Part shown: positions 38,098 to 49,859 of the stretch, in pieces | Position numbering within the stretch: position 1 is the first letter of the stretch | Layout: every line of letters begins with the position of its first letter | From: Mustelus asterias | Taxonomy: Eukaryota | Direction of reading: 5' to 3' | Length of the DNA: 64,000 bases | NCBI RefSeq assembly: GCF_964213995.1 | Contig: NC_135823.1 | Coordinates: 372,001-436,000, forward strand | Notes under the pieces: model-generated | The model's database searches: none | Told to the model about the DNA's origin: nothing | What the model saw: only the letters and a program-made list of their open reading frames with translations | Made by a program: the position numbers and the translations under genes

Positions 38098-39629
38098 AAA
38101 GTCTTCGATATTGTACTCAGTATATTGAAGAGTAAGGTCTATTGATTTTTGGATAAGAACAGAAACGAGGTATTTGGAGATAGTGTGGCAAAATGGAACT
38201 CGGTTACAAGGTCTCGGTGAAGCAAATGTCTTCTCTTGCTCATGTTCCACACCTGTATGCTCAGGGTCTCAACATTTTGACGAAGCCTTTGGTAGCCATG
38301 GGGTGTTGCTGGGAAACACATCCTTGCATTAACACATGGTGGGGGAAAAACATTGAACTCAGAATTGAGTTCTGTTGCATTTGCAGGATGCGTTTGATTG
38401 ATGTGTGTCACATGTTGTCAAAGTTATGCCAACTGTAAAGTGGATTCCTAACCGTCCATTCTGAAACTGCATGCATCAGTGGCAGCACTGTAGCACAGTG
38501 GTTAATCCTGCTGCCTCACAGTATAAAGGACCTGCGTTCGATTCCCAGCTTGGGTCACTGTCTGTCTGGAATTTGCACCTTCTCCCCGCGTCTGCGTGCG
38601 TTTCCTCCGGATGCTCATGTTTCCCCCCACTGTCTGAAAGCCGTGCTGCTCAGGTGCATTGATCGTGCTGAATTCTCCCTCAGTGTACCTGAATAGGCGC
38701 TAAAGTGTGGCGATCAGCGCATTTTCACAGTTACTTCATTGCAGTGTTAATGTAAGCCCACATGTGACAGGAATAAAAAAAAACTTTAATGCTCTCCAGC
38801 ATGCTATTTCTCTGAAAGTTTTCTCCCCTTCATCTTCGTCCATCACCTCGTAAGTTGGATTTTCCCAAATATTTATTCATTTTGATTCTCAAACCGCTTT
38901 TAGGGCGATACGATGGTACAGTGCTGCCTCACAACGCCAGGGACCCGAGTTCGAATCCTGGCGTCGGTCACTCTATGTGTGGAGTTTGCACGTTCTCCCT
39001 GTGTCTGTTCGGGTTCCCTCCTGGTGCTCCGGATTCCTCCCACAGTCCGAAGGATCTGCTGGTTCTGTGCATTGGCCATGCTAAATTCTCCCTCTGTGTA
39101 CCCGAACAGGCGCTGGGGTTTGGCGACTAGCGGATTTCACAGTAACTTCATTGCAGTGTTAATGTAAGCCTACTTATGAAAAATAAATAAAATTTTAAAA
39201 ATATTATCGATGAATTAGTTTCTTCGGATTTATTGCAAGAAGGCTGCATGAGAAGAGTAAGGTTTACTGCAATGAAGGTGTAGAAGCCTTTGAGGTTTCT
39301 ATGTCATTGAGTGGGTTCTATGCATATTTCCTCGGGGGCAGGGCAGTGTGTGGTAATCCCATTAAAATATATCAGATACTGGCTGGGCTTTGAGGGCAAA
39401 TGTTGACAGGCTTTTTCTCCCACTTTATGGAGATTCTGGAACTGGGAGTGACAGTCTCCGGATCAAGACTGAGATGGTGAGAAGTTTCGTCAGTCGCAGG
39501 CTTGTGATCCTTTGGGATTCTCTCTGGCACAGATGTCCATGTGTTTTCGGGAATGAGCAGCATGTGAGGCAGAGCTAAAAGATCAGCCAAGTTCTTATGG
39601 CATAGTCGATGGGATGAAGGCCCACGTAC

Positions 39630-40180
39630 CGTGGAATCCCCACAGTGCAGATGGAAGCAATTTGGCCCATCGAGCTTACACCGGCAACAATCCCACCCAG
39701 GCCATGTCCCCGTAACCTCGCACGTTTACCATGGTTAATCCAGCCAAACAACACATCTCTGGACAACAATTGGAATTTAGCAGGGCCAATGCACCTAACT
39801 GCCACATCTTTGGACACAAAGGGGCAATTTAGCATGGCCAATCCACTTAATCTGCAAATCGTGGGACACTAAAGGGCAATTTAGCATGGCCAATCCAGCG
39901 AACCTTCCCACCGTTGAACACTAAGTGACAATCTAGCATGGCGAATTTACCTAAACTGCACATTATGGACACTCAGGGGCAATTTAGCAAGGCCAATCCA
40001 CCGAACATGTACATCTTGGGACACTAAGGGGCAATTTAGCATGGGAGGAAACTGGAACACTCTGAGGAAACCCACGCAGAAATGGGGAGAACGTCCAAGC
40101 TCAACAGAAGCAGTGACCCAAGCCAGGAATCCAACCCGGATCCCTGTCAGTGCGAGGCACTGTGCCACCGTGCCGCCCTA
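39630..40180 (-). repeat. SINE with internal tandem expansion
   Basis: About 6-7 copies of the same unit inside a SINE. Confidence 0.85.
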
Positions 40181-42955
40181 CTTGCACCGACTCTCCAGAA
40201 GAGCATCTTACCCTGACACACTTTGCCCTCTAAAGAGGTATAATCGTTTGAAATACCATCTGCTTTCTGGGTTCCAAATAATTTTTATTATTATTTCCAC
40301 AGGAGGTCAATACTTCCAAAAGAATTTAGAATTGTTCATAAGGGATCCTGCGACAGAGACTGTAGCTGCTTCCACTCCTGGCCGCACGGTGCCGCTCTAA
40401 CTCTGGAGCACGCCTTTCCTACCTGCAGTCGCATCTTGCCCGCTCCGTTTCCCGGTCGCTGCTCTTTGTCAAATCCCGATCACGCCCCCATGACGGGGAG
40501 CGACGTCTGCCATTCATTCGTGATGTCAAATCCTTTTCAAATATTCACATCGCCATTGGAAGGTGTTGATACAGGGTGATTGTGCGTTAATTCTCAATGA
40601 TTAATGTGCTGACTGTTGGTATCATGCTGTGGCTGTTCATAACAACATTTTGTCTGTGAGTATGATTGGAATTATTCTGACAGGACTGGGCGTACTTCGC
40701 TTTTTTCAGATGAGCGTAAAATAAAGGTTATTTATCTATTTCTAGTGGTCAATTGTTTGCTTTAAAATGAAAGATAAGGATTATTCCGAGCACATGTCTC
40801 TGGGCTTGTTGGCTCTTGGACCTGGTTGAGAACGCCTGGGTGATTTCTGGTGTCCCACTTCAAAGATTTGCTTCGATTTACTTTCAATGCCGAACACGCG
40901 CAGAGCAATATCAAAATTTGGTCCCAGACGAGGCAAAGATATATTTGGAAGGGTGATGTTAAGCTATTTCAAGGAGGTGTGTGTTAAGGAGACTCTTACA
41001 TTGGAAAATGAGGACGGAATTTTTAGCAGGTCAGCGAATGAATTCGAGATCTTATTGGCTGGGGGCCACTATGGTTAGCACTGCTGCCTCATATTGCCAG
41101 GACCGGGGTTCGATTCCTGGCTTGGGTCACTGCCTGTGTGGGGTCTGCACATTCTCCCCGTGTCTGCGTGGGTTTCCTCCAGGTGCTCTGGTTTCCTTCC
41201 ACATGCTGATTAGATGCAATGGCCATGCAAACGAAAGGCATGCTGGTCAGATGCACTAGCCATGCAAATTATCCGAAAGTGTTCCGGAATAGGCACCGGA
41301 GTGTGACGACGAGGGGGATTTTCACAGCAACTTCATTGCAGTGTTAATGTAAGCCTACTTGTGACGCTAACAGATGAACTAAACTTGAAAGCTTCAATGG
41401 TTGAACGAAGGGAAAATCGAGCGTATACATGTGGCTGCACTTTTCAAGCACATTAAAGTTAAATTCATTAATTAGTCACAAATCGGCCTACACCCATGAT
41501 TGTCATTGCCAAATGAAGGCACACACTTTCTGAAGTGTATTTATTGGTCACCAGTAGGCTTAGATTCACATTACAATTAAGGTACACTGAGGGAGAATTT
41601 AGCATGGCCAATGCACGTCTTTGGACTCTGGGAGGAAACTAGAGCACCCGGAGGGAAACCACTTACACACAGGATTGTTGTTTGTGCAGACTCGATGGCC
41701 TCCTGCTGCACTGTAGGATTTTATATTCTGTAACTTCTGAACGCAAAGTTCCCGACCTGGATCATAAAACACGGTTTCACGTGAGGGCATGTGATTTGCT
41801 TATTGGATGACACAGAGCCTAATTGAAGACGTGAACTCTCTGGATGACGGCTCGCTGAAGCCTTTCAAATATAGGCAGTGACCCCAAGCAAGGAATCGAT
41901 ACCGTGGTCCCTCGTGCTGTGAGGCAGCGGTGCTATCCACTGTGCCACCGTGCTGCCCCAGGAACTTAGTCAATGAAGTAAAAGTCAATGGTGACTGGCA
42001 GAAGCAGTATCAATCAATTTAATGTTGTTACTGGAAAATCCGGGCTTGAATGACAACTATCTGTTCGTACCTAAATCGCCATTACCTCCCATTGCAAGTG
42101 TCATTGATCTCTTTTTAGGGCAAGTGTCATTGAAGTTAACTCGAAATGTCAGGAAAATATTCCTGGAATCTTTCCTCAATTCACAAACATCATCAAATAA
42201 ACTCGTGGGGAATATTTCAACAATCAAGCTTACAATGATCGATGTGTACATACTATTCCATGTCAACAACGTATCAGAATGAAGTTTGGTTTATTGTGGA
42301 AGAAAGCAGATTTGTGTAACTTATTCTGTTTTGTAAGATCAATCTTCCATTTGAACAAAATGATAAACATACCAAAAAAATACAATAGATTTATCGAACT
42401 CATTCACAAGAAAATTATTTGCAAGTCTTCAGCGAGCCGTCATCCAGAGAGTTCGCGTCTTCATTTAGGCTCTGTGTCATCCAATAAGCAAATCTCATGC
42501 CCTCAAGTGGAACCGTGTTTGATGATCCAGGTCGGGAACTTTGAGTTCAGAAGTTACAGAATATAAAATCCTACAGTGCAGCAGGAGGCCATCGAGTCTG
42601 CACAAACACCAATCCCACCCAGCCCCTATCCCCATAACCCCTTGTATTTACCCTTGCTAACCCCCCGACACGAAGAGGCAATTTAGCATGGCCAATCCAC
42701 ATAACCCGTACATCTTTGGACTCTGGGAGGAAACTGGAGCAGGCGGATGAAACCCACGCATACACAGAGTGAAAATGCAAACTCCACACAGACAGTGACC
42801 CAAGCTGGGAATTGAACCTGGGTCCCTGGCGCTGTGAGGCAGCAGTGCTAAACACCGTGCTTCCGTACATGCTGTAAAGCCAACCTTTCCTTCTCATGGC
42901 TGCATAAGAAGATTCTGGGGTGAAGATAAATAAGATGTTTCTGGTGTCAAGACTC

Positions 42956-43738
42956 TGTTAAGACCCAGGCCAGAATCTTCAAGGTGTTTTATGAAGATAC
43001 CCTAGATCCTATGTTTTCACTTTTGAATTTGGCACCCGTCAGCATAAGATGTTTCACTCCAGGTTTGATTAAAGAGATCCAGGAGGAAGCTTTTATCAAA
43101 GAAAATTTATTTAAGAATACGGTTACAATACAATGAAAGGAATTAGCATAACATCGACCAATCATAAGATTTATACGTGATACAGTAAAAACCTTAACTG
43201 CGAGCTATCTATGGTATTCCAAGTAAAACACCATCCCACAAACACACACCCCTTTGTAGACAAGGCAGAAAGAGCAACTGTGCCCACGTGATACTAGGTT
43301 TTCAGCTTTTTAACCTGCTGTATATTGGTCATGTGGATGTTGGATTAAATTTCTGAGGCTTCCGAGTCATGGAACTTTCTAAAAGCCTCTGGAGAGAGAT
43401 AAAGCCGGAACCACGCTACCTTCTCCCACGAGATCCTGGAAGATACGAAAAGAAAACTAAAAACTTGGACTTTACTGTGGTCGAAAAGAATCTGCCCCCG
43501 GGCATCACCTGACCTGCCAGTCATGCTCCACCCAGCAATTCCAAAAGGATCATAAAACCCGAGGACACTGCATTAGGTCAGATTAAAAATAAACATGGTG
43601 TTCATTACGTTGCTCCAGTAACAATGAGAGACACTGGTTTCATACAAAACGATGCCAACAAAAGGCTAGGAGCTGCTTGAAGAAACCTGCAAAGAAAGAT
43701 GATTAAAATACATTTCTTAAAGGCACTGTATCGTCACA
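42956..43738. mobile_element. Solo LTR of a related family
   Basis: TGTTA...TCACA termini; flanks ACTC/ACGC (4-bp TSD, one mismatch). Shares blocks such as AGCTTTTATCAAA and TTCTTAAAGG with 14862-16934. Confidence 0.65.
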
Positions 43739-46700
43739 ACGCAGTCTCGAGGATTGATAGCAGAGAACAGACTGACAACTGAATACTCACAGGTGCCCTA
43801 CTGCACTCAAGGCCCTCTTACAGACAACAAAGTACAATGAACAAAGAACATTACAGCACAGGAAGAGGCCCTGCTACTCGCCAAGCCTGCATACTGCCTA
43901 TCGGACTAAAACCCCTACCCTTCTGGGGACCATCATCCCTCCATTCCCATCCTATTCATGTATTTGTCCAGACGCCCCTTATAAGTCACTATCGTATTTG
44001 CTTTCACTACTTCCCCTGGCAGCGAGTTCCAGGCACCCACCACCTTCTGTGTAAAAAAACTGCCTTGTACATCTCCTGTAAATCTTACTTCTCGCACCTT
44101 AAACCTACGCCCCTCATAATTGACTCTTCCACCTCGGGAAAAACTTTTGACTATCCACTCTGTCCATGCCCCGACTAATCTTGTAGACTTCTATCAGGTC
44201 GCCCCTCAACTTCTTAGTAGTAATTAAAACCCTGGACGCTATTTTGGAGGAAAGGAACCAACGTGCCTAAATGAGATCATTAGGGAATCAACACATTTCC
44301 TTGGGTTGTAACTTGCTTTCAGGAAGTGAAAGGGATTCCTACATCACAGCAGTAACTTTAATTTAATATGTTCTCAAAAAAATCTTGAACTGTCTACGAC
44401 CTGAACTGAGGCATGAATCCACAAACATTCTGACTCAACAGAAAAATACTTCAAGTCAAACTGAATCACTCACGAATTAATTACATTTAATATGCGGCTA
44501 ATAAATAAGTTACTTTCAATTAACAATTCTAATGTAAATCGATTTTCCAGTCTTGGTCACTCTTGGGGTAAAGAACAATCGTGTCAATGTTGCCTCTTTG
44601 TAGACATATTATAGTGAGCTAGCGATCGGGGTCAATATTTTCTACAATTAAGGAACTCGCTGATATTGGTTAATTGGGATTTGGTTTGATCTGATTTGAT
44701 TTATGATTGTCACTTGTTTGAGTATGAAGTGAAAAGCATTATTTTTTGCATGCTATACAGACAAAGCTTACCGTACATAGGGAAGGAAAGGAGAGATTGC
44801 AGAATGTAATGTTACAGTCACAACTAGGGTGTAGAGACAGATCAACTTAATGTGAGGTAGGTCCATACAAAATTCTGATGGCAGCAGGGATGAAGCGGTT
44901 TTTGTGTCAGTTGGGACCTGTCTTCAGACTTCTGTATCTTCTTCCCAATGGAAGAAGGTGGAAGAGATTATATCCGGGGTAAGTGGGGTCCCTGATTATG
45001 CTGGCTACTTTTCCGAGTCAGCGGGAAGTGTCCTGATCATGTTTGGAGACTAGGGAGCAATTTAGTATCGCCATGAACGATTATGTTATTGAATGGTGGT
45101 GCACGCTTGAACGGCCGAATGGCCTACTCCTGCTTTGTGCTCGTGAAAGTAATACTGTGATGGACAGTGTTGATTGGTAATAGATGAAACTTAAATGAAT
45201 GTGGGCAATTTCAAATCATTTTTTTCTTCATTGGATGTGGGCATCGTTGACAGGACCAGCATTTATTGCTCACCCCTAATCACTCTTCAATTACTCGGCT
45301 ATTTAAGAGTCTATCACATTGCTGTGGGTCCGGAGTCACATGTAGGCCAGACCGTGTAAGGAAGGCAGACTCCCTTCCCTAGAGGCCATTAATGAATGAG
45401 ATGGGTTTTTACAACAGTTTCATAGTCATCATTAGGCTTTTAATTCCAGATTTTTTATTGAATTCAAATTTCACCAGTTGCCATGGTGGGATTCGAACCC
45501 GGGTCCCCAGAGCATTTAGATTTATTTTATTCAATTTCATTTAATCTCATGCAACCATTTTATTGTCATTCTTTTTCACTTCTATTTTTCCACTTCTCCA
45601 TTCCAGCTCTCCTTGTCGCCACACCCTCCCGCCCTTCAGTGCAGCTGCCACATTCCTCAGGCAGCCCTTTAACATTTTGTACCTCTTCTGCCATTCTTCC
45701 ATTCTGATAACTTAGTGGACACACTTAGCACGTTATCAGCCTTCTCTCTCCTCATGTAAATTGCCATTGTCCAATTCCACACCCCCTCCTGCCTACCCCA
45801 AGCGTATAAACCTTTGCTGATTCTTTTTGCTCTTAGCTCTGACGAAGGGTCATGGAGACTCAAAACGTTGGCTCTATTCTCTCTCCACAGATGCTCAGAC
45901 CAGCTGAGACTTTCCAGCATTTTCTGTTTTTATTTCAGATTCCAGCATCCGCAGTATTTTGCTTTTACCCCAGAACATTCCCCTGAGTATCTGGTTTACG
46001 AGCCCAGTGACAATATCACTATGCCTCCCATCGGAATGGGTACTGGGGATGAACTTATTTTGACACGGTGTTAAATGCAATGAGGCTGCTAATTATGAAA
46101 TTTGTGAAAGGGGTTCGATTATCGTATTTCCTTTCATTAGATGAGATTATTATTAGTGCCACGAGTAGGCTTACATTGCAATGACGTAACTGTGAAAATC
46201 CCCTAGTCGCCACACTCCGGTGCCTATTCGGGTACACTGAGGGAGAATTTAGCATGGCCAATGCACCTAAAAGCACGTCTTTCAGACTGTGGGAGGAAAC
46301 TGGAGCACCCGGAGGAAACCTATGTGGACATAGGGAGACTTGACACAGACAGTGATCTAAGCCTCGAGTCGAACCCGGGTCTCTGGCACTGTGAGTCAGC
46401 AGTGCTAACCACTGTGCCATCATACTGCCCGTCACGGACTACGTTGGAACAATCGCTCTTAGGTCACTTCTGCCTCAAAAACACACAATTCTCGAACTAG
46501 GAATGAAAGGAAATCACTGCGGATGCTGGAATGTGAAGCCAAAGGAGAACAGTCTGGAAAATCTCAGTAGTTCTGGCAGTATGTGTAAGGAGAGAAAAGA
46601 GCTGACATTTCGAGTCCAGATGACCCTCTGTCAAAGCTAAGCGGCATGTCTTTTAACTTCGACAAAGCCTTCTATGCTTTTTAGCTTTGACAGTGTGTTA

Positions 46701-46849
46701 TCTGGACCAGAAACGTGAGCACTTTTCTCTCCTTACAGATAATGCCAGACCAGCTGAGGTTTTCCAGCATTTTCTCTTTTGGATTCTCAAACTATGGATC
46801 AAACACCTATGGCTTAAAGTTCAAATGTTAAAAATCAAAACACATTTTG

Positions 46850-47385
46850 TAAAAAGGATTTTGAGTAGGAGCTATTCACTCTGTTATGAAACAAGAAACT
46901 AGTTAGTATTTTAAAGACATGCACATTAGAGGAACATTTATTCCAATGCCCCAGTTAGACATCCCGTGAGGATCAGCCGCTTTAGTGAAACAAAGCCCTA
47001 ATTAGGATGTAGTTTAGAACACGGTTTTCCGTGATACTTACTGCAAAGGGTCAATATGCACCACCCTAACAGAACAAAAACACTTAGAAGCAGCCGTTGA
47101 ATCAAATCATTCATTTTCGGGAGACTCTCATTAGACAGTTGATATAATGAGAAAATTGAAGCAGTAAATTCAATGCTTCAGCTCCTCTGCAAGAGCCTGT
47201 AGCAATTATTCCACCAGGGTATGTTCAAAAGAATGGGGAGGAACAGTGCTGGGAGACCAGAGCGAGATACAGACATCTTAATGTGAAGACCCTAGGAGAA
47301 CGAATTAATGCCACAACAGGTTCGGAAGTGAACAGAGAGGGTGCTCCTTCCAGAGTGATTGAAATTCTCTGCAAAATGCTATCAC
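46850..47385 (-). pseudogene. Highly decayed VJ-C1 relic
   Basis: Acceptor at 47387-47386, then GDSILQRISITLEG.... A perfect GTAAGT donor lies 344 nt later, preceded by TTC TGT TAG GGT (FGQG-like). After a short intron comes VPLMCM (46935-46918), matching family C1 VPLLCL/VPLVCL. Confidence 0.4.
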
Positions 47386-47597
47386 CTTTAAAGTCAAAGA
47401 AAAGAGTCATTAGCTTTTGCAGCAGAGAGTGGGGTTTGGCAGCAGACAGAGCGAGGGAGAGAGACGTTGGCTGTGGCCACGCTTGTTTTGGTATGACCTT
47501 AAGAAAGACGCCTTCCTCACTGCCCTTTCAGGGATTGTGCAAAGTACATCTACAGCAGAAATCGCTGATCGAGATTTTGACCACGTTACGCTTTGAA

Positions 47598-47925
47598 ACA
47601 TAGAAACCCTACAGTACAGAAAGAGGCCATTCGGCCCATCGAGTCTGCACCGACCACAATCCCACCCAGGGCCTACCCCCATATCCCTACAGATATACCC
47701 ACTAATCCCTCTAACCTACTCATCTCAGGACACCAAGGGCAATTTTTAGGATGACCAATCAACCTAACCCGCACATCTTTGGACTTGGGAGAAAACCAGA
47801 GCAAACCCACGCAGACACGAGGAGAATGTCCAAACTCCACACAGATCGTGACCCAAGCCGGGAATCGAACCCATGTCCCTGGAGCTGTGAAGCAGCAGTG
47901 CTAACCACTGTGCTACCGTGCCGTA
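47598..47925 (-). mobile_element. HE1-type SINE
   Basis: Near full-length copy. Further copies at about 22330, 32915, 38480, 38900, 41060, 41535, 42570, 46150, 48335, 52710 and 55720. Confidence 0.88.
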
Positions 47926-49039
47926 CCGCTTGAGATAGAAAATTGCCTGAGACGGCAGCTCACTGTGGTTTTTCGTTTTTTACAGTTGAGGCGCTACACC
48001 GACCCAACAGCCTCCAGAGATCAGAAGCTGAAACACAATGTTAAACCGCAGAGAGAAGACGGTTGGGCATTCAAGATAGATTAAGCTGATCAGAGAACCT
48101 GTTTGTTTACAATTAAGCCATATTCCAGGAACCTATTCAAAAGACAATTAGTCACTATTTGCAAGCATTCCGAGGATTGGGTACAATTCGCAGAAACCCC
48201 CTCTGATTCACAACATACGCACGCAAGTCACAAATAATTTGTAGAATATTTTCACTCCTCTTTATGAGGCAGCTTGCATCAGGAATCATGTGCAACCTCT
48301 TTACAGAATGAATTAGATTGGACACAATTACATTACGGCATGCTGGCACAGTGGTTAGCAGTGCTGCCTCACCGCGTCTGGGACCTGGCTTCGATTCCCG
48401 CCTTGGGTGACTGCGTGGAGTTTGATGTTGTCCTCATGTCTGCGCAGGTTTCCTCTGGGTGCTCCGGTTTCCTACCACAGTCTGAAAGTGTGCAGGTTTG
48501 GTGGATTGGCCATGCTAAATTGCTCCTTAGTGTCCAACTATCTAGAGTTCAGGTGGAGCAGCCATGCAGAATTGTCTCTTAGTGTTCAAAGATGTGCAGT
48601 TTAGGTGGATTGGCCATTCTAAATTGCACCTTTGTTTTCAAAGAAGTGCAGGTTAGCTGGATTGGCCATGCTAAATTGCCCCTGAGTGCCCAACGATGTA
48701 TGGGTTAGGTGGATTATCCGTGGTAAATCTGCGCAGTTATGGGGATAAGGTGGGGTGACGTGACCTGAGTAAATTGGTGCTTCTTTCTGCACTGTAGGAA
48801 GTCTATGATTATATTCCGAATTCCTTTCGTTTCGCATTGTAACACAAAGGGTTCTACCCCCAGACGACAGTGACAGATTAAGAGGAACACCAAAATGATA
48901 ACGTGCCCCTCGAAAATGCGGAGCATTCTGATTTGGAACTATATCACCAACTATTCCGTCACTGCCCCGGTTACAAATCTGGTGACTCCTTCCCTAAAAT
49001 GAACTGTGAGCAAACACAGGGATTAAAGAGGATGGGTCA

Positions 49040-49425
49040 TCATAGAATCATCAAACCCTACAGTGCAGAAGGATGCCGTTCGGCCCATCGAGTCTTCACC
49101 GAACACAGTTCCACGCAGGCACTATCCCCATAACCCCATGCATTTACCCGAGTTGGTCCCCCTGACCAACTATCCCCATGACCCGATACATTTACCCTAG
49201 TTGGTCCCCCTGACACTAAGGGGCAATTTAGCATGGCCAATCCACTTAACCGGCATATCTTTGGACAGAAAGGGGCAATTTAGCATGACCAATCCACGTA
49301 ACCCGCACATCCTTGGACACTAAGGGACAATCTAGCATGGTCAATCTACCTAATCTGTACATCTTTGGACACTAAGGTGCAATTTGGCATGGCCACTGCA
49401 GCTAACCTGCACATCTTTGGACATC
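49040..49425 (-). repeat. SINE with internal tandem expansion
   Basis: About 5 copies of the same unit. Confidence 0.8.
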
Positions 49426-49859
49426 ATCATCTTGGAAAGAAAAATACACTCTGCCCTTGCCAAGGAAATTCACATCCCGTGAATGAATTGAAATTTAGCT
49501 GAAATAGAAAACATATCACCACACAATTACTGTACAATAACACTCCCTGAAGACACGCTGCCAGTTCACCGCTGTGACGCACGGTCGAGGACCACACGGT
49601 GTCAAATGAATTGGAATTCACCAGCACACCGCACCAAACTTGTGTCATACTTTCCATTGCATAGCTCGTCATAATTTCCACTGTATCTGAAAGGGACGAA
49701 ACTCTCTGGGTCTGAGCTGAGGTCAACCTGCGGCCATTAACCCTACAGAAACCAACTGGTCACATAACATGTAGAAATAACGCGTAAAGGTATCCAAAGA
49801 ATGCTTATCTGGAAGACTTATTTTCTTGCTGTGGCGTGTTTATGACAAGTGAAAGAAGG

